Source: Octopus sinensis (lineage: Eukaryota). From it: 64,000 nucleotides of DNA. Positions 11,509 through 23,965 of this stretch are shown here, one piece after another. The notes below the pieces were generated by a model that ran no database searches, was not told the DNA's origin, and saw only the letters and a list, made by a program, of their open reading frames with translations. The stretch is from positions 58,714,001-58,778,000 of the forward strand of contig NC_043006.1 of NCBI RefSeq assembly GCF_006345805.1, in the 5' to 3' direction. How positions within the stretch are numbered: position 1 is the stretch's first letter; each line of letters starts with the position of its first letter. The position numbers and the translations under genes are program-made.

Positions 11509-11612
11509 ACCGGATTCATTCTTGTTGCTTATTTTTATGGGTAACACCGTACAAAATTCTGGTGCATCTAAATTAAGTACCATATTCATTTGAATCTAAA
11601 TTGTTGCTGAAC

Positions 11613-11653
<41 letters not shown>

Positions 11654-11680
11654 ACATACTAATACTTAAATATACATTTA

Positions 11681-11764
11681 ATGAACATTTAATGTGGTTT
11701 TTTAGTCAAGTTTTGGCTGCTATATCTAGCATGGTGGTATTTTTTAGATACCCTTAATTATAAT
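11681..11764. repeat. Right arm of ~83-bp inverted repeat (partner 8229-8312)
   Basis: Reverse complement of 8229-8312. Confidence 0.8.
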
Positions 11765-13204
11765 TTTTATGTGTGTGTGTATATATATATATATATACAC
11801 ACACATGCATACACATCCGTGTGTGTATATATATGCATACATAAACATCTGTGTGTGTGTGTGTGTGTGGTGTGTGTGTATGTATATATATGTATACATA
11901 TGTATACACACACATATATATACATTTATGATTTGCTCTTTTTTTTGTTTGATTTACTGTTTTGTCTGTATATATATGCGTACAAATATGCACACAAACC
12001 TGCGATAAACTGGTGTCCTACCCAGGTTGAGTGGAATATACACTCTGCACAATCCAAGACCCCAGCTTTATGAGCCTATGGCTTGGAAAAGAACTTTTCT
12101 CTTTTTGATATTTATACACACACACGTGTATGTATGTTTGTATGTGTATATACATATATATACATACATACACACGTGTGTGTATGTATGTGAGTGTGTG
12201 TGTGTATATATATATATATACACACACGTGTGTGTAGATGTATATATACATACACATACACACACACACATATATATATATATTCATGGATGTGTATGTA
12301 TGTATGTATACATATATACACACACGTGTGTGTGTATATATATATGGTGTCTTCTTTGTCAGGAGGTAATAAGAAATATTCATTGCCAAAAAATCACAGC
12401 ACTTCTATTTTGTTTTTAATTTTTGTTTGTTATTTGTATCATTGTACTTTTGATATTCATTAAAAAGTTTTTAGAAAAACCATATTTGTTGAGTTGTGTT
12501 TTTTTTTGTATGATAATTAGGGTAATGTCAACCTAGAAATGATCATCATCAATTGTACCCACCTCTTCACTATGTGATCATTGGAGGGCACTGACCTGCT
12601 TTTCCTCTTTCACATCATCACTGTGATTTCAACAATAAATTTAGTCCTTCCGACACTTGAAGATGACTTATCACTTAGGTGAAAGTGATTTTGAATTTGT
12701 CTGCCAAATCACTATTTCTCTACAAATCTTTCCAAGAATTTACACACTGATAAACATCAACGTTTATATAGATATAAGATAAGAGGTCAGCAAATTTATA
12801 TCATTGATCTCTTCATGGAATTGTTGAGGTCTTAATTTAGCACTCCATAATTCTCCAAATTGTTTTTGGTGTTTATTGACCTATTGGATAAGTTTTGGGT
12901 GTTTAACCCGTCCACCTTCTTGGTGGTCTCTATTGATCACTTCACTTAATCCCTGATATAGATAAATGGCAAAAGTGCAATCATGCAATTTTTGGAGAAA
13001 AAGAATTTGAAAAAAGAATTTACTTTAAAAAAAAGCAAAAAAAAAAATTTAATAATAATAGAAATAACAGCTTCATTAATAGAATTAATGAAAAAGACAT
13101 TGCATTAGTCATTAAGATTTTAAATATAGTTTACAACTTCAGTAAAAAAGAAACAGATTGTTATCAAGCACACTGGATGAAATAGAACTCCAAATTTTTT
13201 ATTC

Positions 13205-13570
13205 TTTCATTTCTTTCAGTCATTTGACTGTGGCCATGCTGGAGCACTGCCTTAAGGGATTTTAGTTGAAGAAATTGACCCCAGGACTTATTCTTTGTAA
13301 GCCTAGTACTCAGTTTGTTTTGCTGAACCACTAAGTTACAAGTACATAAACACACCAGCATCAGTGTGTCAAGTGATGGAGGTGGGGACAAACACACACA
13401 CACACACACACAAGGCAGGCTTCTATCGGTTTCCATCTACCAAATCCACTCACATGGCTTTGTTCGGCCCAATGCTATAGTAGAAGACACTCACCCAAGG
13501 TGCTACACAGTGGGACTGTGCCCAGGACTATATGGTTGGGAAGCAAGCTTCTTACCATGCAGCCACTCCT
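13205..13570 (-). mobile_element. tRNA-derived SINE, family A (internal TG/TA microsatellite)
   Basis: Head GGAGTGGCTGTG(C)ATGGTAAG..., tail ...CCAGCATGGCCACAGTCAAATGACTGAAA; same family as the other A copies. Confidence 0.85.
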
Positions 13571-13759
13571 CAATGAAATGGTGTGAAGTTTTCTAAGTTA
13601 TCCAGCAACATTACTTTCTTGCTGCAACAGCATCTCTTCTTAGTTCTGTCTGCGCCCCTCTTTTTTTTTTTTTTTTTTTTTAGTAAATAAAAGTTTTTAT
13701 TTAGTAACATTTTTACAAATAGAAAAAATAACATTAAAAGTTTCTTTTGTATTTGAAAG

Positions 13760-15173
13760 TTCAATGATGATTTGTTGTACTTGGCAACATTTATAAGAGA
13801 TTTCTTCATCATTATTATAGTCCAAACAGTTCTTTTGAGGTAAGTTACTGCCATACTTATAGAACAATGATGTTTGAGTTAATTTTTTTCCCACTAAGAC
13901 CAATGAAAAGACCACTTGCCGGAATTGTTTTGTTTATTTTTTGTATTTGAAAGTTCACCTGTGGAAGAGGAAGACCTGGGATGAGGTGGTGAAGCATGAC
14001 CTTCGAACATTGGGCCTCACTGAGGCAATGACTAGTGACCGGGACCTTTGGAAGTATGCTGTGCTTGAGAAGACTCAGCAAGCCAAGTAAGACAATAACC
14101 TCGTGGCCTATGCCATGGTTGTAACCAGCCCACTTATATAATGCGTACCTTTCCTTCATTGGACGCTAAACTCTGTGAAGACCTGTTGAGGCAAGTGAAA
14201 TCGAAATCAAATTCGATGACTGGCATCCGTGCTAGTGGAGCACTAAGAGTACCATCCGAGCGTGATCGTTGCCAGAGCAACAAACTAGCTTCCGTGCTGG
14301 TGGCACGTAAAAAGCACCATTCGAGCGTGATCGTTACATGCGTCGCCTTATTGGCACTTGTGCTAGAGGCACGTGAAAAGAACAGTCGAGCGAGGTCGTT
14401 GCCAATGCCGCTGGACTGGCTCCTGTGCAGGTGGCACATAAAAAGCACCATTTGAGCGTGGCCCCGTTGCCAGTACCGCCTGACTGGCACGTAAAAGCAC
14501 CCACTACACTCTCAGAGTGGCTGGCGTTAGGAAGGGCATCCAGCTGTAGAAACTCTGCCAGATCAGATTGGAGCCTGGTGCAGCCATCTGGTTCGCCAGA
14601 CATGTACTATCGTCCAACCCATGGTGGCATGGAAAGCGGACGTTAAACGATGATGATGATGATTTTGCTATCTTCATTGTCTCAATGATTTTATGTGCTT
14701 AGATTCCAATGATTTGCCCGGTGTTGCAACAATCATTAAAATTTCGATGGCACATGATCTTCCACAGTATTTGTAGTCTATGCTGTTAAATGGCATAATC
14801 TGGGTCAGAGTTAATGTTACATTGTGCTCTAAAGTGTAAATGGCCAGGTAGACTGCACGCTAAAGTGGTACCGATATTCCTTCATCCTTGCTGTGGCTTG
14901 AACAGTTCTTCAGCAGTAAGTTGTCTCTATAGTATATAGACTAATGATACTTAAGTTTGAGTTGATTTTTTTTTTCATTAAGGCCAATAAAAAAAAATTT
15001 TCTCTCCAAATTATCAAGCAAGGTTTCCACTTACTTTCTTTAACTATTCTGTTAATTTTTTAATTTTTTTTATTACAAAATTCATTCTGCTATCTTCATT
15101 AATCTCATAATACTTAACTGTTTTAATTCATAAGAAATTTCTTCATTATCGTAGCTCAAACAGTTCTTTTAAG
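13760..15173 (+). pseudogene. Three paralogous decayed exon-like units with GTAAGT donors (hydrophobic peptide)
   Basis: Units end ...AAACAGTTCTTTTGAG|GTAAGT (13839), ...AACAGTTCTTCAGCA|GTAAGT (14915) and ...AAACAGTTCTTTTAAG|GTAAGT (15173). Units 1 and 2 start TTGTATTTGAAAG|TTCA. Downstream intron-like flanks are also homologous. Confidence 0.45.
13958..14660 (+). mobile_element. RTE-clade LINE 3' end with 3' UTR and (GAT)n tail
   Basis: GRGR..WDEVVKHDLRTLGLTEAMTSDRDLWKYAVLEK is typical of the RTE C-terminus. The UTR has short internal repeats, and the (GAT)n tail merges with target ATGATGAT. Confidence 0.8.
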
Positions 15174-15257
15174 GTAAGTTGCTGCTATACTGTGTAGACT
15201 AATGATACATAACATTGAGTTGATTTTCCCTATTAATGCCACCTACAATCTTACATT

Positions 15258-15455
15258 CCACCATCATCATCACCATTTAACGTTCGTTTTCCATGCTAGG
15301 ATGGGTTGGACGGCTGACAGAAGCTGGCAAAGCCATGGATCACACCAGGTTCCATAGTCTGTTTTGCCTTGGTTTTTACGGCAGGATGCCCTTCCTGACG
15401 CCAGCCATTTTACAGAGTATACTGAGTACTTTTTACGTGGCACCATCCCCAGCAA
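15258..15455 (-). mobile_element. RTE 3'-UTR fragment (same family as 13958-14660)
   Basis: Reverse complement of the AAGGGCATCC...CCAACCCATG...GGAAA..GGACGTTAAA(TGA)n tail. Confidence 0.7.
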
Positions 15456-15884
15456 TAGAATGACTGAATAATTAACAGTGAAGACTCAGAAAGAGTAGAC
15501 AGAGCAGCTTATATGGGGAAATACAATGCATGTCAGAGATATGGAATAAGATTGAATAATACTTACGAAGAGGAACAAAGAGAAGGAAAGAGGTTAGATT
15601 GGGAACTTTATTTAAGCTCTAAGTTGGGAGCGAGGAGCACAGATCAAGAAGACAGAGAAAATAAGAGGTACACAACTGTTGCAAAATGAAACCGAAGAAG
15701 AAAGAATGATTGAAAAGAGACACAGAGCAGTTCAGAAAATAAATAATGAAAGTAATGAAGATGGGTGAAAAGAACGATTAGAAAATTTAAGATACTGGAC
15801 TGAGTTAAGACATGCAAATGAAATAGAAAACGAAATAAATCTTAGAATGAGAGAAAACATGCTCAAGAAAGATCCAATAATCAG

Positions 15885-16230
15885 GCGCAGGGTTCTGGGT
15901 TCAGTTCCATTGCATGGCACCTAGGGCAAGTGTCTTCCACTATAGCTTCGGTCCGGCCAAAGTGGATTTGGTAGACGGAAACTGAAAGAAGCCCGTTGTG
16001 TGTGTGTGTGTATATATTTGTGTTTTTGTTCTTAGTTTTGTGTCCCATCCTCTACAATCGCTTGACAGCTGATGCTGGTGTGTTTATGTCACCGTAACTT
16101 AGCAGTTACGATAGAATAAGTACTAGGCTTACAAAGAAGTCCTGGGGTCGATTTCTTCGACTAAAACCCTTTAAGGCTGTATTTCAGCATGGCCGCAATC
16201 AAATGACTGAAACAAGTAAAAGAATAGAAT
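15885..16230 (+). mobile_element. SINE family A
   Basis: Shared body and tail GGCCGCAATCAAATGACTGAAACAAGTAAAAG. Confidence 0.8.
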
Positions 16231-16234
16231 TACA

Positions 16235-18020
16235 AGAAGACAACGAGATGTTGAAATTATGAGACTAGGCAGACATGATGTAAATAATGTGATACAAATG
16301 AACATGACTTTCATTGAAATAGCATCGCAAAAAACATTTGTGTGGACAGTTAGATGTATTGTGCCAAGTTCGTGGAGCCAAGCATTTCCTTGCAGAGAAA
16401 CCAACTGATGGAAAATTCAACAATTGTTACCAGAAAGGAATGGTACAAGTTCATCATCAAAGACCTATTCTAGAATGTCTCAGAAATGTAATGAGTCAGC
16501 CTGACCATCCTCATTTCAGATGACGGAACATTATTCTCAATATCTCCAGTCCAAATCTGGACCCAATGACATATACATTATTTTATCCATTTGGTGAGCC
16601 AGTCTAGCAACCCAATTTGACGGCTGCTAAAGAAGCAGTGAGAGCTAATGAACGTTATATCACAATGTTGCAACATAGAATAGCACAACTGTGGTGAGGG
16701 ATGAATTTAACTCAATACCACATGGTGACAAATTGTTTCAGCAATGATCGATAGATAACTATTTGTAGGTAATGGCTAATAGCCCCAACTACCAATGGTT
16801 TCTCCAGAGACAAGAGTTCAAACTACACTGGATTTGCTAATAAGGTTGCAAATGGGACAAACAAGAGCGTGTAGGGTGGACTGTGATACTCCCTTCATTA
16901 TTTCCAGGATCACCCCACAACATGAGTGTTACTGCGGTGCAATGGCATTAGTTTCAAAGAAGTATGGAAAGCCCGACGTCTACATTACTATGACATAATC
17001 CATCATAACCAGAAATAATAAAAAAATTCCCTCTCGGGTAAAGCGCTTCTGATTGGCCTGATTTGGTTGCGCGCCTGTGTTAAAATTAAAATCACTTGTA
17101 GATGTAATTGCAAGATCCTGCTTTGGAAATACTTAAGTATTTTGTTATTCCACTGAATTCAAAAACGAGGTCTACCTCACGCTCATATTCTAATCATATA
17201 AATAAAGATATATTCAATGATCCCATAGCAACTGATAAAATAGTATGTGCCAAGTTTCCAAACGTGGTGACAGAACCCTCTCTACGATATTGTATTTAGA
17301 AAATGTCATACATAGTCACTGTGGCGAAGCAAATCCAGTCCCTCCTTGCATGGAGAACAACAAATTCACTAAAGGGTTCCCAAAAGACTTCAGGAATGGA
17401 AAAACAAATGTTGGTGGATACCCTCTCTACAGAAGGTACTGTAGCCCAGTTTGCCACGATCATTCTGACAAGTTAGACAATTGATATGGTGTACCATATA
17501 ACAAATATAAGTACATTTGCCACATCAATATAGTTCTTCCCTTATAAAGTGTATTTTAAGTATATACACAAAGGGTATGGTCAAATGCAAGTTCTAGAAA
17601 AAAATACTCCTCTTCTTGACAAAATAAGGTAATATATAAATGGTCGATTTGTTAGTGCTCCAGAAGAATGTAGACGTAGCTGGGGTAAAGATGCATGACA
17701 AGTAACATACATTCGTCTCCCAGTACGTTTTGAACACCAGCATCTTGTCTGTTTTCAAGAGGGCACTGAATGGAGACACCTAATTGCATAGTTCAAACTC
17801 AGTCAAACTGATGAAGCTGCCAAACAGTATCTCCTACACTGAAATATACCAGTATATCTTCGACTAGGAAGCATCAGCATGGAGACATTGGTTAGAGGAT
17901 ATAAAGTTCTTTCCAGAATGTATGTAGTGCTTGAAACGGATTTCACCTTCGATTATTGTCGCTACTTTGTGAAAGAATCTACAAATTACCAAGATATTCG
18001 CACTTATATATACGAAGGAG
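16235..18020 (+). mobile_element. Helitron Rep (HUH) domain remnant, heavily frameshifted
   Basis: CQVRGAKHF..E...GKFNNCYQKG (Zn finger), AMALVSKKYGKPDVYITMT, EF(Q)KRGLPHAHILI (HUH), HSHCGEANP.PPCM..KGFPK.F...GGYPLYRR, VPYN, KVLSRMYVV...YQDIRT. No helicase part seen. Confidence 0.9.
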
Positions 18021-18738
18021 TGGACAAACGAAAGAAGGGCACTCAACCAATTTATTGGGAGCTACATGTATGGATCAAATTCGTTGGTACTTAAAGAGTT
18101 TCAGGCGCGCTTGAAACACGAGTACCAACGAATTTGATTCAAACTGTTTTTATCTATACACATACACACAGCACAATAAAATAAATAGAATAATTTAACA
18201 AATGATTCTATCTACAGAAATGGAATATTTTACTCATTTTTAACTTTAGGATAGTCTATATTTTTCATGAAAGTAAATCCTCTATTAGTTCTCACACATA
18301 CAAATGTTAATGGCTGTGCACATAAACACATACGCACACACCTAAATGCCGTGCGTGTGTATGTGTACACATACACACACACTCACTCACTTAACCACAG
18401 CGTAACATTGATTACTCCACAGGAATTTCTTCTTAGCACTTTACCTAATAAATATTTTGTTGTCAGGACGTTTTATCTGATTTGAAGGTTTTTGATATGC
18501 TGAATCTAAAAATAGAATCCATTTTTTACCATCACTTCTAGATATCAAGATATCCAAACCCCCCAATTTTCGCAATTTTCCTCATTTTCCAGAAAAATGC
18601 ATTGTTTACTTGTGAATTTTACTACGAGTGTTTATTACGATCTATATTATTATTTTATTAAGAACCAGGGGAAAACATTGGGTGATCAAAGAACGACTGC
18701 AGCGAACATTATTAGTTCCGAGTTTTTTTTTAATGTGA

Positions 18739-19050
18739 CTGAAGAGCCTTCGGTTCAACCGGAAAAAATCATTTTACCTCCACTCCATGTCAAACTTGGT
18801 GTTACGAAGCAGTTTGTTAAAACTCTGGATTAAGATGGACCATGCTTTCACTATATCTACAGAATATTTCCCAGTCTGAGCAGTGAAAAGATAAAAGCTG
18901 GTGAATTTGCTGGGCCTCAAATCAGAAAATTGATGAAAGATGGGAACTTTATAAATCTAATGGATTGCATTGAAGCAGCAGCATTCATTTGTAATAGTCG
19001 CAAATGACTTTCTGGGTATAAAGATAGTAGCCAACTATGCCGAAATTCAT
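18739..19050 (+). mobile_element. DNA-transposon coding fragment (PPLHxKLG family; Chapaev/CMC-like from recall)
   Basis: EPSVQPEKIILPPLHVKLGVTKQFVKTLD*DGPCFHYIYRIFPSLSSEKIKAGEFAGPQIRKLMKD. The superfamily assignment needs a Dfam/Repbase search. Confidence 0.65.
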
Positions 19051-19089
19051 GTAAGAAATCGAGTATGTTGGAAATAAAAAACGCTGATT

Positions 19090-19880
19090 GTGGCTGATGG
19101 ATGGATGGAAACATGAAACGAGAAACCGAAGCGCTGATTATAGCCGCTCAGGAACAAGTTATTAAGTCGAATTTGATAAAGCTAAATATTCTTCTCACAG
19201 ATTCTGTGAGGAAGACGAGAGTATCAAGCATTCCTTGAGTGAATGCAGTAGCTAGCACAAGGAAAGAATAAGTGCCGGCATAATTTTGTAGGTAAAAGAG
19301 TGTATTGGGTTCTTAACCGAATGTGTGAATTCAAAGCAATAAACTGGTTTGAACAAGAATCAGGCTGTAATAGAGAATAAGAATTACATGATTTTATGGG
19401 CTTCACCCATAAAGACTGACTATATTATTTAGGCAAAAAGACCAGACACCGTTGTGTAAGACCATAGACTTTACAGTACTTGGCTTACAAAGAATAAGTC
19501 CTGGGGTCGATTTGCTCGACTAAAGGCAGTGCTTCATCATGGCCGCAGTCAAATGACTAAAACAAGTAAAAGAGTACCATGCCAACAGAGTGGATACCAA
19601 ATTTGAAAAGATCGAGAAATATCAGGACCTAGCCACAGAGAGACACTGTAGAAGACTAACCTGACAATTATTCCTGTGGTGATTGGTGCACTTGGCACAA
19701 TAACCAGACTGCTACTCAAAAGCCTGAAGTCTATTGGAATTGAGACTCGCATTGTCAACCTGCAAAAAAATACACTATTCTGCTAGAATCCTAAGGAAGA
19801 TTCTCGAGATTTGAAGTGATTTGTCACCAAACCTCGAAAGAACATCTTTTCTAAATAATGTAATATGTGGTAATAATAAT
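19090..19880 (+). mobile_element. RLE-type non-LTR retrotransposon 3' remnant (R4/Dong-like) with a SINE-A tail inserted at ~19470-19575
   Basis: KRETEALIIAAQEQ, ILW..IKTD....AKRPD, EKIEKYQDLA, IIPVVIGALGTI, LQK...ARILRKILEI*, then (TAA)n. Confidence 0.8.
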
Positions 19881-19899
19881 AATCCTTTCTACTATAGGC

Positions 19900-20092
19900 A
19901 CAAGGCCTGAAATGGGGTGTGTGGAGGATAATCGATTACATCGGCCTCACTATGCAAACTAGTACTTATCAATTCCGAAAGGTTGAAAGGCAAAGTAGAC
20001 TTTGGCGGAATTTGAACTCAGAAGGTAAAGACAGACGAAATACTGCTAAGCATTTTGCGCGATGTGTTAACGATTCTGCCTGCTCACCGCCT
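19900..20092 (-). mobile_element. SINE family B (GGCGGCGAGCTGGCAG head)
   Basis: Diverged copy; body GTCGACTTTGCCTTTCATCCTTTCGGGGTCGAT resembles the Deu/Nin-type central domain (recall). Confidence 0.7.
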
Positions 20093-20249
20093 TTATAATG
20101 ATAAAAATAAAATTGATAATAATTTGGAAATTATTACCATAATAAGTAATAAAATATGTTTAAATATTTGAGGAGAATAGTAGGACTTATATATACATTT
20201 TCTTAATATTCTATTATTATCATTGTCTTTTGCTAAAATTTCAGGCAAT

Positions 20250-20455
20250 ATTCTTTTCTAGGTCTGAAATATGTGGAGAGGGGGCCAGTCGATTAGATCA
20301 ACCCAGTACGCAACTGGTACTTAATTTAATCGACCCCGAAAGGATGAAAGGCAAAGTCGACCTCGGCGGAATTTGAACTCAGAACGTAAAGACAGACGAA
20401 ATACCGCGAAGCATTTTGCCCGGCATGCTAACGTTTCTGCCAGCTCGCCGCCTTA
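20250..20455 (-). mobile_element. SINE family B
   Basis: Near-consensus body and head. Confidence 0.85.
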
Positions 20456-21108
20456 AAAATGTCAGACTCTTATTGATTTCAGAATCTTTATACAAAACTT
20501 GTGGTTAAAAATTAAGCAACTCAGCGAACTGGTTGTTAAAATTTTGGCATTTCATCGGCAACAATCTGCAAAATGTTACTTAATGATCAAAACCCAAAGT
20601 TAGTTAGCTAACATGGCAAATAGTAACTGCAAAAAATTGCATCGTGTAAATAGTACCCACACAGCATACATGAACTACTCTATTTTTCAGCAACGGCTCA
20701 GTAAACCGCTTTGTACCAATAATGAAAATTGAAATAATTTACGAGACACCCAGCTATGTATCTGTAAACTCATTGAATTATACATTTCTGATTGCAAATG
20801 CAATTCTGAAGCGTTTGTTTTTTGAGTTGATGTTATTTCTCTCGACTAAAAATAATATTTAGGTTTATGTGAGGGCTTCTTTTAGAGTCGTTATACGAAC
20901 CACGGATCTATATTTAAATTCGTATGTGAAGAACACAACAACCATGTCAAGTTATATATTGGAATTAAAAAAAAAAAGTATATTTTAAAATCTGTTAAAA
21001 CAACATTCTAAACAGAAAGCGATGTTAATGACCAAGCGTCATCATGAAAATAATTCTAACTCAACAAATTACAAAAAAGAAAAAAAGAAAAAACAAAAAC
21101 GAACTGAA

Positions 21109-21273
21109 AGGCGTAGTAAGTAGCCTGCTTACCAACCACATGGTTCCGGGTTCAGTCCCACTGCGTGGCACCTTGGGCAAGTGTCTTCTACTATAGCCTC
21201 GGGCTTGGGAGTTGATTTGGTAGACGGAAACTGAAAGAATCCCGTCGTATATATGTATGTATATATATGTGTA

Positions 21274-21343
<70 letters not shown>

Positions 21344-21570
21344 ATATATGTACGTGTGTGTATATGTTTGTGCGTCTGTGTTGTACCCCCAACATCGCTT
21401 GACAACCGATGTTGGTGTATTTACGTCCCCGTAACGTAGCGGTTCGGCAAAAGAGTCCGATAGAATAAGCACTAGGCTTACAAAGAACAAGTCCTGGGGT
21501 CGATTTGCCCGACTAAAGGCGGTGCTCCAGCATGGCCACAGTCAAATGACTGAAACAAGTAAAAGAGAGT
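21109..21570 (+). mobile_element. SINE family A
   Basis: Head, internal (TA)n, tail. Confidence 0.9.
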
Positions 21571-22293
21571 AAATGAATCTGTCCATTTATATATCGTTGC
21601 ACTATCAAAAGTTTACCAAGCGGGGAAACGAAGAAGCCAAGCACAATCGATCTGATCTGAACGTCAGGCGAGATGTGGAGTTTGTTTCGGTTCTTTGTGT
21701 TCTAAGTTCAAATTTCGCCGAGGTGTGATAGAGGGCGCAGTTGATTCAAACAATTGGCTAATATGGAGCATAGGCTTACCACCCACAGCCACAATGGTCA
21801 AACGGTTCAATGGAATGGTAAGGAATATTGAATGAGTATGCTCAGACGTATCCTTTATTCGCTACGGGGTTGAAGAATCCATGGTTTGTTTCATTACCAT
21901 TTGTGTTGCTTCTTAGAAGTACCTTTTGCGTAACATTAGACACCAGAGAGAAAAATCGCGATCACACTGGCCTCTATGTAGTCGCCTGACTTGCTAGAAA
22001 TAGCAGCCAAAGTTTCCTTCAAATCACTCCCTACCATCTTAAAAAAAAAAAAGCGGGCTCATTGAATAATGTGATTCTAGGAATATTGCGTTTGGAGAAC
22101 GATCACGTTACAGTTGGTATGTCGTTTGATCATAGGACTGAACAATCAGAGCTAAGCTGGGATTAGACAATGTTAGCAGCAACCGTTTGAGAGGGTTAGT
22201 AAGTGGTTAATCTAATGCTAGAAGTAGCAGCAAAGTCTCAAAACGCACCATACCGACTTGAAAAAATAAATATTACATTGGTCAATGTAGTAT

Positions 22294-22662
22294 AGGCGCA
22301 GGAGTGGCTGTGTGGTAAGTAGCTTGCTTACCAACCACATGGTTCCGGGTTCAGTCCCACTGCGTGGCACCTTGGGCAAGTGTCTTCTACTATAGCCTCG
22401 GGCCGACCAAAGCCTTGTGAGTGGATTTGGTAGACGGAAACTGAAAAGAAGCCCGTCGTATATATGTATATGTGTGTGTGTGTGTGTTTGTGTGTCTGTT
22501 GCTGGTGTGTTTATGTCCTCGTCACTTAGCGGTTCGGCAAAAGAGACCGATAGAATGAGTACTGGGCTTACAAAAGAATAAGTCCTGGGGTCGAGTTACT
22601 CGATTAAAGGCGGTGCTCCAGCATGGCCGCAGTCAAATGACTGAAACAAGTAAGTAAAAGAG
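22294..22662 (+). mobile_element. SINE family A
   Basis: Full tRNA-like head GGCGCAGGAGTGGCTGTGTGGTAAG...GGTTCAGTCCC and tail. Confidence 0.9.
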
Positions 22663-23589
22663 TAGTCTTAGATATACAAGGAAATGGGATGGTCACGGCA
22701 GATTGACGTTTATCATGTCTCCTCGATAAGAGTTGACTTGGGTCTTAGCACCCTCGTCGTCGTCGTCGTCATCGTCATTACCTACAACAATAACAACGAC
22801 TGTTCCTTGAGGTCCCTTGTGATTTTGAAAAAAAAAAAAAAATAGAGAAAGGGATTTAGTCTGTTGGGTTTTTGTATAATAACCTTTAAAAGGGAAAATT
22901 GAATTTATCATTGATTAATTTTTGCCAGCCATACGTTTACTGAAAGGAACCAGAAAAAAAAAAAAAAAAAAAAAAAAAGATTGTCTTATAGAAAACAGGA
23001 ATTATTTGAAAGCAAACTGCAGCAGACTTTGTTTGTTGCCAGAGACAGTGTTGAATACTAACTTTTCTGAAAGAAAAGAACTTTCTCCTGGCAAAATACC
23101 GAATAAATTTACATCAATATAAAAGATATATTTTTAGATCAATATGTCTAATGGCAGTTTACCAAAATACAAATTCCGACAATAATGTAAAAATACAAAA
23201 CAAAACAAAAAAACAAGAGGAGAACCCCCACCTCTGCAAAGAAAACTAAAAATAAAATTTAAAACATCAATTATATGAACGTTCAACAAAATGATTTGTT
23301 TGCATTTTATTTCTAAGGGCCAATTATCTTACATCACCTTATCTTACAAATTATATCTGTTGAGAGATGAAGACAATGGGTAGAAACAGGGAGAATTGTG
23401 AGATGTTTTGCAATGTTCTATCAATGTCTTGAGAGCAAATATTGTTCTGTTTTATTTTTCCATGTTGATGTTGATATGGGTCCTACGATCCTACTTCATA
23501 GCGGTCTACAAAAGTATCTGATTCCATTCATCTCTTAGATGCTCTTCGCTCTTCAGTGCTATTATTTTTATCACTTCTGTAAAAATGAA

Positions 23590-23965
23590 ATTGTAAATTT
23601 GACTCTGGCTGATCGCAATTTGAATTCATTAAAAAATACCACGAGATCCTGGAAACGTTCCAAGCCAGTATCTGCAGTCAAGTTGTCGATGTAAGTGTGA
23701 CGACGTATTCTTCTCTTACATCACCATGAAGAGGGTGCCAGAAGAAAATTTGGATGCTTTCAGTTCAGAGTGATGCACCTAATAGTCGCCGCCGTCTTTG
23801 CCTGATATTCTGACCAATCCTATCAGAACCCGTTTAATAATTTCTTTGTCAGTGTCCAAGTTTCACTGCCATATAATAGCACTGATTCGACAGTTGCAAT
23901 GAACAACTTGGTTTTGATTATGAATAACAAAATCGTTAGGGCTTTACAGTATCTTATGAAACTCT
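23590..23965 (-). mobile_element. RTE-like LINE C-terminal remnant
   Basis: KTKLFIATVESVLLYGSETWTLTKKL ... YIDNLTADTGL. Confidence 0.75.

Larger units (their letters stand above)
8466..11613 (+). mobile_element. Penelope-like element (Naiad-type), near-complete RT + GIY-YIG EN with 3' pLTR, disrupted
   Basis: Motifs in order: FRSRKSPPP..LENFEKDLLDLI, LVPADKTGN, LKDHK..NP, PTKSDIGRLSKSIL, W.NT..VIDWF, DI..YYSSI, FDIPMGSSDSAE, GLYRDN, VNFLDVTL, SNHPP, NIIWLNIPF, CNCRIRSNC, VVYKC..FYLG, CQLC, CIH. Several stops and frameshifts. Ends in (TA)n at 11614. Confidence 0.95.

Noticed and set aside
12655-12700. Hammerhead-like TTGAAGA...GAAA
   Set aside because: Core altered, and no convincing stem I or III.
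17805-17865. CTGATGA...GAAA motif
   Set aside because: Falls in Helitron coding sequence, and the stems do not form.
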